From positions 4,047 through 68,046 of the IMG/VR virus record IMGVR_UViG_3300034019_001677: DNA of 64,000 nt; one strand, given 5' to 3'. Position 1 is the first letter of the stretch; each line of letters opens with the position of its first letter. Origin of the DNA: a virus. The notes under the pieces were generated by a model. That model did not search any database and had not been told where the DNA came from. It saw only the letters and a list, made by a program, of their open reading frames with translations. The position numbers and the translations under genes were made by a program. This document shows, piece after piece, positions 47,820-56,553 of the stretch.

Positions 47820-49376
47820 TCAGACCATGTTGATCCAATCGGCGATCATCGGCCGCACCCTGGCGCCGGCTTCACAGGCCGCGGCCAGGCTCATCACGGC
47901 GTCATCGTGGCAGCCGGCTGCAGCCTCGCGCGTACCATCCGGCCCCTGGCGGAACACGCGCATCTGCTCCCCGTAGATGCTGTCGGGCGGGATGCCCAGT
48001 TCGCCCTGCTCGAGCAGCAGCAGCACCCGGTCGGTCATGGCGATCTTGCTGGGCCTGGATGTGGCGAACTCCTCAATGGGCACCCCGGGCCGCAGGCGGG
48101 CCAGGGACTCGCCCACAGCGGCGCCGACGCCGTTCTTCTCGATCATCACCATCTCGGGGTTGTACTGATCCATCAGGCGGGCGGTGCGCTGCAGGCCGTA
48201 GTCGCGGCTGCGGCGCGCGTCGTTGAAGTAGGCCACCACCTGCCAGGGGTTGGTGGTGACATCGAGCACGGTGGTGACCCATTCGTCATCGCCGGAGCCG
48301 TTCGGGTCGATCCCGATCACGTAGTTGTGGCCCCTGGTGGGCAGATCCAGCCCGCCGATGGCCTCGCTGGCCTCGATCAGATCGTGGGGGTAGACCTCGG
48401 CATCGGTGGCGGCGAAATCGAGCTCGAACTCCTGCCGGTAGCGCTGCTCGGTGAGCTGGAATTTGCGCCGGGTGTTCTCCGCGTAGTTCGGATCCTGGCT
48501 GTAGATCGGGTGCTGGCTCCAGTGGATGGCCACCTTCGCGAAGCCACCGCAGGGGCTGCAGCGAAGGATCGGGATCCCGTTGACCGTGACCTCGCCGATC
48601 TGCTGCTCGCCGTGGTCCGTGCTCCAGTGCTCGTGGAAACGGCCACTGCGGCCGTTGGGGGTGCTCACCCACACGGCGCGGGCGCGGGGGCCCAGCAGGC
48701 TGAGGGTGGGCATGGCGCCGGTTTCAATGCCGCCCAGCTTTTCGATGAACGCACCCTCATCGAACAGCACGAAACTGGCCGATGGGATGCCCCGGGCGGC
48801 CCGCTCGGTGGGGGGCAGGAAATGGAGGCTGCCGCGGCCTTGGAAGACCAGTTTGCGAGCGGAATCCTTCGGGAGGGGTGGGCAGTAGGCACCCAGGCTG
48901 GCGGCCTGGCCCTTGATCCGGGCCGCCAATTCAGAGGCGTCCTCTCCAGTCTTGGAGAAGATGATTCCCACCCAGGCCGGCCGCTGGATGGCCTGCTGCA
49001 GCATGTAGGAGATGACGGTCTCTGAAACGCCGGTCTGGCGGCTCTTGAGCACGTAGGTGTTCTGGAATGCGCGGATGGTGCGCACCAGCGACAGCTGGTA
49101 GTCCCAGGCCTGGAAGGGCAGGTATTTGCCCTGGGAGGCGATGTAGGTGCGTGCGGCAAAGTCGGGCCAGCGCTTGGGGAGCTGATCCCACAGCTGCACC
49201 GCCTGCTCCTGGGAGAACAGGCCGCGGCGGGGCAGGTACTGCAGCACCGGCCGCACAACCTTCTTGCGGGGCAGGTGGGGGCCTGTGGAGCCCTTGCTGC
49301 GGGGCCAGGCATAGCAGGGTGTCTGGGTGCGGAGCTGGGCCTCGTATTCAGCCCAGGCCTCGTCATCCCAGGCCAT
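47820..49376 (-). CDS. terL: Terminase large subunit
   Basis: 'KSRQTGVS' Walker A, 'VLFDEGAF' Walker B, 'STPNG', nuclease 'IGIDP...HDDAVMS'. Confidence 0.95.
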   Translation of the reverse strand: MAWDDEAWAEYEAQLRTQTPCYAWPRSKGSTGPHLPRKKVVRPVLQYLPRRGLFSQEQAVQLWDQLPKRWPDFAARTYIASQGKYLPFQAWDYQLSLVRTIRAFQNTYVLKSRQTGVSETVISYMLQQAIQRPAWVGIIFSKTGEDASELAARIKGQAASLGAYCPPLPKDSARKLVFQGRGSLHFLPPTERAARGIPSASFVLFDEGAFIEKLGGIETGAMPTLSLLGPRARAVWVSTPNGRSGRFHEHWSTDHGEQQIGEVTVNGIPILRCSPCGGFAKVAIHWSQHPIYSQDPNYAENTRRKFQLTEQRYRQEFELDFAATDAEVYPHDLIEASEAIGGLDLPTRGHNYVIGIDPNGSGDDEWVTTVLDVTTNPWQVVAYFNDARRSRDYGLQRTARLMDQYNPEMVMIEKNGVGAAVGESLARLRPGVPIEEFATSRPSKIAMTDRVLLLLEQGELGIPPDSIYGEQMRVFRQGPDGTREAAAGCHDDAVMSLAAACEAGARVRPMIADWINMV

Positions 49377-49888
49377 CAGAAATCACCTTCTCGATCCAGC
49401 GCTTCCTGCTCCTCCGGGGTGAGGGGTGCGGCACCAGAACCACCATCGCCGAGCTCCTGCTGGGCGCGCTCGAACTTGTCGATGCTGAGGATGAATTTGT
49501 TGATCTCGGCCAGGGTGCCAAGGGCGGTTTGCAGTTGCCGGGCCTGCAGGGATCTGCGCAGCAGCGATTCCATTCGGCTCACCTGAATGGCGCCCATCCG
49601 CAGGCGGTCGTAGAGGCTGGTGCTCTGGATGCAGAGCTCGTAGGCATCGGCCACCAGGCGGGCAGCTACGGCAGGGCTGACCTTGAAGCCCTTGGTCGCC
49701 ACGGTCATCAGATCGTGAGCCCCGTAGCCCTCCTTCACAGCCAGGCCCAGCAGGGCATGCACCCGGTAGTTGCGTTCAGCGGCCTTAGAGATGCTGCGGT
49801 CCTTGGTTTTCGGCTTGGCCTTGGGTTTCCGGGGCTTGGGATTGGCGCCGGCCTTTTCGCTGCTCACGCCGGTGTGCCTCCTGCTCAA
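49376..49888 (-). CDS. Probable terminase small subunit
   Basis: Helical, directly upstream of and coupled to terL. Confidence 0.65.
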   Translation of the reverse strand: MSRRHTGVSSEKAGANPKPRKPKAKPKTKDRSISKAAERNYRVHALLGLAVKEGYGAHDLMTVATKGFKVSPAVAARLVADAYELCIQSTSLYDRLRMGAIQVSRMESLLRRSLQARQLQTALGTLAEINKFILSIDKFERAQQELGDGGSGAAPLTPEEQEALDREGDF

Positions 49889-50469
49889 AACGTAGGCGCC
49901 TCATGCTCAACAACTCCCGCAGAGATGTGATTCGCTTCGCAGCGGCGAGCGTGCTCCTTCAGCCAGCTCCTCACCGCCCAGGTGCTGCGATTCAGCATCA
50001 GGCCGATGGTGGCCATGTCGCGGCCCTCGGCGCGCAGACGCAGGGCCCGGGCGCCCTCTTCCGCCGTCCATCGCCTCAGGGCCACAGGCACTCGATGCCG
50101 CCGGGCACGGATCGTCACGCCAGCCTCCACCAGCAACTTTCGGATCCGCTGCGGCGACACCCCGTAGCAGGTTGCGATCGACTTGATGCTCGCATCGGCC
50201 AGGTAGCGGTTCACCACCATCTGCACCGGCAGGGGCACTGCAGGCGGCACCAGGCCATCTCCACCGGCCTGGAGGTTGTTCACCAACGCACGCCGTTGCC
50301 TCACCCAGCCGCCGTTGATCCGCGCATCAGCCAGCAGCTGGTAGACGGCCTGATGAGAGCAACCCACGGCCGCGGCGATCGCCTTCACGGGCACGCCTTG
50401 CCGGTGCAGGTCCAACATCAAGCAATGGTGGTAACGGGTGAGCGGCCGGCCTTTGGCCATCACCGTCAA
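49885..50469 (-). CDS. Multi-HTH DNA-binding protein
   Basis: Three HTH-like segments (KAIAAAVGCS..AVY; KSIATCYGVS..RIR; ATIGLMLNRS..AVR). Confidence 0.7.
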   Translation of the reverse strand: MTVMAKGRPLTRYHHCLMLDLHRQGVPVKAIAAAVGCSHQAVYQLLADARINGGWVRQRRALVNNLQAGGDGLVPPAVPLPVQMVVNRYLADASIKSIATCYGVSPQRIRKLLVEAGVTIRARRHRVPVALRRWTAEEGARALRLRAEGRDMATIGLMLNRSTWAVRSWLKEHARRCEANHISAGVVEHEAPTF

Positions 50470-51155
50470 CGGCCCCGCTGGGCCAGCAAGGCCTCCACTG
50501 CCCGAGTGATGCGGGCCTCGGTGGTCTCCTCCTCCGGCAGGGCCGCGGCCAGCCGGCCCATCAGAGCCTGGAAATCGGTGAGGGCCTGCTGGTCGAGGAA
50601 GGTGAGCTGCACCGTCAGCCCGGCGGGGCCTGGATCGGTCGGGTCGGGTTCCGGAGGTGGCGGTGGCTCGTCAATCCCCTCCACCTGCTGCCGCCATTCC
50701 TCATCCGTGAACCAAGGGCTCATGTCGAGATCGGCGTGCTCCTCCAGCAGGTTTGCCAGGGCAGCGCCATCGAACTCGCTCAGGTCGCTGGCACGGTTGT
50801 CGGCAACGCCATACTCCGCCTTCTGGGAGGGGGAGAGGTCGGTGCGCTGCACCGCCACCAGCGTGCGGCCATCGGCGGGCACCACCAGCACCTTTTCGAT
50901 ACCGATGGCGGCGGCGGCCTCGGCGGTGCCGTTGCCGGCGAGGATCCTGCCAGCCTCATCGATCACCAGACTCCGTGCGGCGCCAAACTCCTGGAGCGAG
51001 CGCTCGATCATCGCCGTGCTGCGCTGCGTGCGGCGTCGGGCGTTCTTGGGATCCTGGGTCAGGGCCTCCAGCGTGGTCTCGGTCGGCATGGTCACCGGGA
51101 CCATGGCGAGGCGGCGGCGGGCCGGCATGGTTGGCAAAATATGGTTGGTTGCCAA
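50466..51155 (-). CDS. ParB-like N-terminal domain protein
   Basis: 'DPKNAR...SL.EFG...VIDE.GRILAGNG...ADNR..LSEFD'. Confidence 0.8.
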   Translation of the reverse strand: MATNHILPTMPARRRLAMVPVTMPTETTLEALTQDPKNARRRTQRSTAMIERSLQEFGAARSLVIDEAGRILAGNGTAEAAAAIGIEKVLVVPADGRTLVAVQRTDLSPSQKAEYGVADNRASDLSEFDGAALANLLEEHADLDMSPWFTDEEWRQQVEGIDEPPPPPEPDPTDPGPAGLTVQLTFLDQQALTDFQALMGRLAAALPEEETTEARITRAVEALLAQRGR

Positions 51156-51204
51156 CGTAACCGGATGAGAACGTAGTTGTCACGGCATGAACCGTTGAAT
51201 AGGG

Positions 51205-52065
51205 ATGTCTTTCCATTCCGGCGAGTCTGTGCGCAAGATGTCTGCTGACAGGCTGAGAATCCTGCTACAGACAGGGTTTCGCTGGTCGGAAGCGGCAGAA
51301 ATCAGTGGGGTGTCGCTTTGGGTGCTCCGGACCTGGTGGCAGCGAACAGGCATACATCTCTGCGATCCGATCGAGCGGGCCCAGGCAGAGCGATTGATAC
51401 AAGCGAACTACCGGCAATGCTCACCTCGGCTGTTTGACGGTTTGGTGGTCTGCAGCAAGTGCCGCGGCCTGCTGAAGCCGCCGGATCAGAGGGATGTCTG
51501 TGGCCGCCCGCACCGCTGGGCCTGCACTCGCTGCCGCACCGCTGGCCGCCGGGAGTGGGTATCAGCCGCGGCCATCAAGCGGGCTGTGTTTGAGGCACTG
51601 CAGCGGCGGCTGCCGGAGATGGCCCGGCTGTGTGAGCACCGCACGAAGTTTCAACGGGAGCGCGAGCAGCGGTGGCTGGAGCAGCTGGAGCAGTTCCAGG
51701 CGATGGCCCAGCGGTTGCATGAGGCTGGCTTACCGCGCCTGGCAATTTTGGCGCGGGCGGCCCAGGTGCAGCTGGCGGAGGATGAGCTGGGAGATCCGCC
51801 CTACCTCGATCGACACAACTGGGGCGAGACGTTCAGCAGCTGGGGGGCGTGGGAAGGTGCCAGTTCACACCAGTGGCGGATGGTGACCGCCTTCTTCTGC
51901 CGAAAGGTCGTCTGGGATGGCGAGCGGCTGCAGGTCGTCCTTTTCGGCCGGCGGTTTGTCGATCCACTGCTGATGAATGGCAACGAGGACCTCGTTGATC
52001 AGCCCCTCTGGCGGCCGCCCGTTCATCCGTTGGCGTTCAGCCATCCTGCTCATCGGGTGGGTTGA
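51205..52065 (+). CDS. HTH plus serine-recombinase-type Zn-ribbon/coiled-coil protein lacking the catalytic domain
   Basis: 'LFDGLVVCSKCRGLL...WACTRC...IKRAVFEAL'; no YxRxS motif. Confidence 0.7.
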   Translation: MSFHSGESVRKMSADRLRILLQTGFRWSEAAEISGVSLWVLRTWWQRTGIHLCDPIERAQAERLIQANYRQCSPRLFDGLVVCSKCRGLLKPPDQRDVCGRPHRWACTRCRTAGRREWVSAAAIKRAVFEALQRRLPEMARLCEHRTKFQREREQRWLEQLEQFQAMAQRLHEAGLPRLAILARAAQVQLAEDELGDPPYLDRHNWGETFSSWGAWEGASSHQWRMVTAFFCRKVVWDGERLQVVLFGRRFVDPLLMNGNEDLVDQPLWRPPVHPLAFSHPAHRVG

Positions 52066-52426
52066 CGACGCAGGCAGGACAGTTTGGCAAACCTCAGCTG
52101 GGGACGAGGGGGTGAGTATGGAGGACCTACTTCATCAACGATCAGGAAAGTCGCAGCCGGCTGTGGTTCAGCGAAAGAGGCAATCTTTGCCAGCTCCTGT
52201 TTAAGTAATCCCATGGTGCGCACCCCCGCTCCGCGGCGGCCAGCAATGAACAATGCTCGGCGGCAAAGTTCACTTGTGATCATCGCTTGAGTTTCGGATT
52301 TCATTCACGGTGGGGGATAGGGGTGTGGTTGGGGTGGTCATGGTTGAACTCCGTGGGGATACAGTTGATGGACTATTTCGTAAAGGAAATAACAAATCCA
52401 AAACACAGTGAAGGCGTCTCGTTTCA

Positions 52427-52624
52427 TCACCCCACCTCCGCACCGGGCGCCGGCAGCTCGATGCAGCGCCCGCAAGCATCCCCGCCCGGAGTGGGGAACA
52501 CATCGCCCCGGCTGCCCCATCTCCAGCCGCGCTCTACTCGCGTCCACCATCCGCCATTGTATGCGTGGGCCTTGGTGCCGAGCGGGTAGTCGCGCCACGG
52601 GCGATCGACAGTTAGGAGGCTCAC
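52427..52624 (-). CDS. Small hypothetical protein
   Basis: 65 aa, overlapping the upstream stop. Confidence 0.5.
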   Translation of the reverse strand: MSLLTVDRPWRDYPLGTKAHAYNGGWWTRVERGWRWGSRGDVFPTPGGDACGRCIELPAPGAEVG

Positions 52625-53181
52625 GATTGCACCTCCGCACCGGGCACCGGCAGGGCGTTGATGGCGGCAGGGTGAGCCAGGATCGCCTCAGCTAGTGCAG
52701 CAGCGCCTAACCGCCGGTGTGTGCCGTCCACCTCGCGGATGATGGCGGCCAATGTGTCCGCGCTCATGGGTGCGGGCACGGGCACCGGCTCGATGGTGGG
52801 GCGGGCGTAGCGGGCGAGAACGGCGGTAACCAAGGCGGGCACGTCTTCCGGCGCAATTCCTATTCGGAGATCGCCTAGGTCGCTGCAATGCTGCTCCGTC
52901 AGCTCGTCAATTTCGGCCTTGCTCACCGGCACCGGCTCGATGGTGGGGCGGCTCACGGCGAAGATGCTCAGCTTTGGGGCTGAGATAATCGGCCGATTCG
53001 AGGGTGCTATCACCCCCTCCGGCTCGGGCTGGGCCAGGGCGGTGCGGGTCTGGGATAGGTGCTCGCGGCACTCCATCAGGGCGACGGGATCGAAACAGTC
53101 ACGATCAACGCAATCAATCAGGTAACGGACGTTTTCAATTAGCTCGGCGCATGTCTTGCGCCAATCAGTTCGTTTAGTCAT
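52621..53181 (-). CDS. Hypothetical phage protein
   Basis: ATG 53181; RPTIEPVPV repeated twice. Confidence 0.6.
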   Translation of the reverse strand: MTKRTDWRKTCAELIENVRYLIDCVDRDCFDPVALMECREHLSQTRTALAQPEPEGVIAPSNRPIISAPKLSIFAVSRPTIEPVPVSKAEIDELTEQHCSDLGDLRIGIAPEDVPALVTAVLARYARPTIEPVPVPAPMSADTLAAIIREVDGTHRRLGAAALAEAILAHPAAINALPVPGAEVQS

Positions 53182-53261
53182 CGCTTCACCTTGAGAATAG
53201 ACCAAATCAGCACTATCGCTAGTGCTAAGTCCGCAACAGAGGCGGGGGAAATGTTGACCAT
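53178..53261 (-). CDS. 27-aa hydrophobic peptide
   Basis: MVNISPASVADLALAIVLIWSILKVKR with start/stop overlaps on both sides. Confidence 0.4.
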   Translation of the reverse strand: MVNISPASVADLALAIVLIWSILKVKR

Positions 53262-53440
53262 CATGGCCGCGCCAGCATGGGGCAGGCGGCCAGGGATAAC
53301 CGGGTGGAGGGTGTTGGTGGGCGCTGGGCCTGATCGCTGGTGGCGGGCGCGGTGGCAATGCGGGCCATGGCCTGCTGGGTGGGGGTCGTGAGGGTGATCA
53401 TCGGGGGGTGGGGTTGTGGATGCGGTCGCTGGGGAGGAGG

Positions 53441-53959
53441 TCAGGCCACCTCCCGGTCACGAGGGTCCACCCAACCCAGGCCGATCAGGCGGAACAACTC
53501 CGGCTCGGTGCGCACTGGCACAACCGACCCATCGGCGCGGCGCAGCAGGCCGCCTTCGGAGTGGTAGCCAGCCCGCACCCAGGCTGGGGCCAGGATCGTG
53601 CGGCACCAGTCCGCCGAGCCGGTGCGGATCGCCCGCTGCAGGCCGTAGCCATCGGCATCGACCATGAACAGGTCGAGCTTGATGCCCTTCGGCAGCAGGC
53701 GCTGGGTGTAGCGGCAGGGCAGCTCACCCCGCACCTTCATCCACTGGTTCACCACGGTGGCCAGGCCGCTGGCGAACAGGGGCGAGGCGTCGTAGGGCTT
53801 CGGCACGCAGACGATCTCGATGTCGCCGATCGTGGGCCGCTGCCGGCGGATGCTGCCGGCGAGACTGATCACCTCGCAGTGCGGGTCGAGCTGCTCCATC
53901 ACGCCCACGGCGATGGCCTCGGCTTGGGCCAGGGGGATGCGGTCGGTGCTGCTGCTCAT
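53441..53959 (-). CDS. Minimal PolX-family nucleotidyltransferase
   Basis: 'AGSIRR....GDIEIV...KLDLF...RTGSA...E.ELF..IGL.WV.P..R'. Confidence 0.85.
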   Translation of the reverse strand: MSSSTDRIPLAQAEAIAVGVMEQLDPHCEVISLAGSIRRQRPTIGDIEIVCVPKPYDASPLFASGLATVVNQWMKVRGELPCRYTQRLLPKGIKLDLFMVDADGYGLQRAIRTGSADWCRTILAPAWVRAGYHSEGGLLRRADGSVVPVRTEPELFRLIGLGWVDPRDREVA

Positions 53960-54360
53960 GACGCTGTTCCCTTGCGATCGAGATCCTTCGCTACGTCCAT
54001 CAGGTCGTCGGCTTGCAGCAGTGCGATCTCTCGCTGCCGGTCGTGCTCAATCGCCTTGTTCGGATCGGCCGTGCGCCAATCCGGCCATGTGCGGCTCTCG
54101 TTGGTGCGCTGCTTGGCCAGCAGGGCGGCGATCACCTGTTCTGGTGTGGCACCGCTGCGCAGAGCCCCGTCGAATCCAAGAATGATCACGTCGATCCACT
54201 CGGGCAGGGTTGGCTGCCCCTGGTCGGCCGCGGCCTCGACCTCCTGCAGCTCCTTGCGTAGGTGATTGCAGACGCCACGGGTCCGGTCACCAGGGCCGAA
54301 CGTGAGCTGGCTGAAGGCGGCCTGTCCGTGGAGGTGCGCCAACAGGTCGAAGCTGCTCAT
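53956..54360 (-). CDS. DUF550-family dATP/dGTP pyrophosphohydrolase (MazG-like)
   Basis: 'TFGPG.R..G...HL.KE..EV...EW.DV.IL..DG..R.G...K...N..R.WPD...IEH'. Confidence 0.85.
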   Translation of the reverse strand: MSSFDLLAHLHGQAAFSQLTFGPGDRTRGVCNHLRKELQEVEAAADQGQPTLPEWIDVIILGFDGALRSGATPEQVIAALLAKQRTNESRTWPDWRTADPNKAIEHDRQREIALLQADDLMDVAKDLDRKGTAS

Positions 54361-54578
54361 AGCCCCCGCTCCGCGAGAAGGCGGCGGGCCGGCTGGCCCA
54401 GGTGGCCGCCACCGGCAGCGTGCAGCTTCAGCTGCTTGGCCAGCACCCCCGGGCGCTCGCGCCGCAGGAATGCCATCCAGAAGGGATTGATGAACCGTGG
54501 CGCCTGAAACAGGGCCTGGATGGTCTCCTCCTGGCTGGCCGTGGCCCAGTTGTCCGGGCGATCCTGCAGATGGCTCAC
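54357..54578 (-). CDS. Hypothetical protein
   Basis: 73 aa, translationally coupled. Confidence 0.5.
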   Translation of the reverse strand: MSHLQDRPDNWATASQEETIQALFQAPRFINPFWMAFLRRERPGVLAKQLKLHAAGGGHLGQPARRLLAERGL

Positions 54579-54832
54579 GCTTCACCTCCCAGCTGGTCGC
54601 ACAGGGGGCACGGGAAGCCCATCAGCCGGACAACCGTGGCCATCTCGCGCCAGTAACGGCGCCAGGCGGTCGCTGCGGCATGTTTCAGGGCATGGCCGGC
54701 CTGGTGGCCAGCAGGGAGGGCCTCCAGCTGGTGCCGGAGCTCCTGGACCTGGGCACCAGCAAGGTGCGCTCGATCAGTGGCCAGGCGGGCCAACTCGGAA
54801 AACAGGGGCGAGTAGGTCATGTAAGCGTTCAT
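54575..54832 (-). CDS. Hypothetical protein with C-terminal CxxC
   Basis: ATG 54832; coupled to neighbours. Confidence 0.5.
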   Translation of the reverse strand: MNAYMTYSPLFSELARLATDRAHLAGAQVQELRHQLEALPAGHQAGHALKHAAATAWRRYWREMATVVRLMGFPCPLCDQLGGEA

Positions 54833-55515
54833 AAGGATTTCTCCCACTGAAAAGATCGGGACATGAAGCGGTAGAGATCGAGCGCATCTACCCAGCTGCC
54901 AACGGCAACATCGACATCGATGAGCTCCACGGCGGTGTGGCCGGGGCTGCAGAAGAGCACGAACGCACGCTGCGGCCACCAGCTGTGGGTGTCGATCAGC
55001 AGCGCCAGGGCTGCTCCCAGCTCAGCCGCCACACGCTGGGGGTTGAGCTGATCCGGTGAGCCGGCCTGCACCATGCCAATGCCAATGTCGCTGCCATCTC
55101 TGAACCGCACCAGCAGGTCGGCAGATGTGGCCACGGGCAGGCGCCAATGCCGCAGGGGCAATGGCGCAGCAAGCACCTCGAGGCGCTGCCAAAAGGGATG
55201 GGCGATCAATGGCTCGATCGTGGGCAGAGCCGAAGTGAACGGAGCCACGCTGGGCGCCCAGGGGCCCCTGGTGGCCGCGGCCGGGTTGTGGAGGCTGTTG
55301 GCGTAGATGGTGCAGGCCCGCACCACCACGGGATCCTGCGCAGAGATGGTGTGCCTCTGGTCGTGGGGATAGATGCGATCAAGGATCTGGTGAGCCGAGA
55401 GAAGCTCTTCCCCGTTCGGGCTTACGAAGCCGCCATCCGGGAGGGGGAGCAGAGCCTGGCCTTCGGGAGTGGAGAACCAGGTGAGCGGTTCGGGGAGGGA
55501 GAGGGAGGTCACCAT
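54829..55515 (-). CDS. Degenerate PD-(D/E)XK (Cas4/RecB-like) nuclease homologue
   Basis: 'HPFW...EVLA...ATSADLLVRFRDG...ELGAA' scaffold without the DxK motif. Confidence 0.5.
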   Translation of the reverse strand: MVTSLSLPEPLTWFSTPEGQALLPLPDGGFVSPNGEELLSAHQILDRIYPHDQRHTISAQDPVVVRACTIYANSLHNPAAATRGPWAPSVAPFTSALPTIEPLIAHPFWQRLEVLAAPLPLRHWRLPVATSADLLVRFRDGSDIGIGMVQAGSPDQLNPQRVAAELGAALALLIDTHSWWPQRAFVLFCSPGHTAVELIDVDVAVGSWVDALDLYRFMSRSFQWEKSL

Positions 55516-55657
55516 GACTTTCCCCGCAGATGGGGCGGCATGGCGGTGATTGAGCAGCCGAATTTCTGCCAGCGCATCTCCCAGCCGCAGGGGAGTGGGA
55601 TGCGCCAGCTCAGGCCGCCGCTGCGCACATCATTGGTCCTACAGAAGATCAGCATGA

Positions 55658-56065
55658 TCACCAGTGCTCTGTGGGCTCAACAGGGCCCACGGGTTCGGGC
55701 AGTGCCAGCCAGGACGGGGCAACGGCGACTGGTGGTAGCGGTGCACTGCTGGCCTGGGCCTCTGTTTCCTTGGGATTGAGCAGGACCACGGGTGCCGCGG
55801 CCGCTGCAAGGGCAAGCAGATGCTCGGCTTCTTCGGGTGGCAGCTCCACCACGAATGCCGCAGTCGTGCGCCATAGCCGGCGGTTCGTGTCCCTGAAATG
55901 GCCAACGGCAAGATCGTCAGCCACATGGAACCGGTGCTCACCGGCGTAGAAGTAGCGGCCCAGGTATCTCTCCACTGGCACCACGTAGCTCTGCGTGGCA
56001 CCGCGATCAGTGATCAGGACCATGGCGCCGAGGGGCGGATGCTCGCGTTTCAGGGCAACGGCCAT
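55658..56065 (-). CDS. Hypothetical protein
   Basis: 135 aa, coupled. Confidence 0.55.
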   Translation of the reverse strand: MAVALKREHPPLGAMVLITDRGATQSYVVPVERYLGRYFYAGEHRFHVADDLAVGHFRDTNRRLWRTTAAFVVELPPEEAEHLLALAAAAAPVVLLNPKETEAQASSAPLPPVAVAPSWLALPEPVGPVEPTEHW

Positions 56066-56553
56066 CAGATCTTCTCCGCACCCATGGAAGGCAACAGGTT
56101 GCCGATGGCCTCTCGGGATGCCTGCAGCTGGCGGGCCTGTTCTGCGGTGGCCTGCACCGCCGCGTAGGCGAGCTGTCGACGGTTGCGGTGAATGGCGGCA
56201 ATCACCTCCTGGGGCAGCTCGATGCCGATCAGGCGAGGGCCCATGGCGGATTCGACCCTGAGAGGGCCGGATGAATCTCGAAAGCCACCGCCACGGCCGG
56301 TTCCGGAGTAGGCCGCGTGGCAGCAGCAGATCACGGCCGGATCAGAGCCTGCCATCCACTCACCGGTGGGCAACACGTCGTAGTCGCTCAGGTGGTCGTT
56401 GATGGCCCGGTCGTAGTTGCCCACGATGCCGGTGTCGAAACAGGCGAAGCAGGTGTAGCTCGGCAACACAAAAGCCGGGCCAGCGGGTGGGCGCCGCTTG
56501 TGGGGGGCAAGGTCGAAAACGGCGGCCGGTGATGGCGTGATGGAAGAGATCAT
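56065..56553 (-). CDS. Zn-binding replication-associated protein
   Basis: 'YTCFACFDTG...ICCC' directly downstream of the initiator. Confidence 0.6.
   Translation of the reverse strand: MISSITPSPAAVFDLAPHKRRPPAGPAFVLPSYTCFACFDTGIVGNYDRAINDHLSDYDVLPTGEWMAGSDPAVICCCHAAYSGTGRGGGFRDSSGPLRVESAMGPRLIGIELPQEVIAAIHRNRRQLAYAAVQATAEQARQLQASREAIGNLLPSMGAEKI

Noticed and set aside
53956-54360. Z-genome (2-aminoadenine) pathway
   Set aside because: Only the DUF550 gene is present; no purZ or datZ is visible in this window
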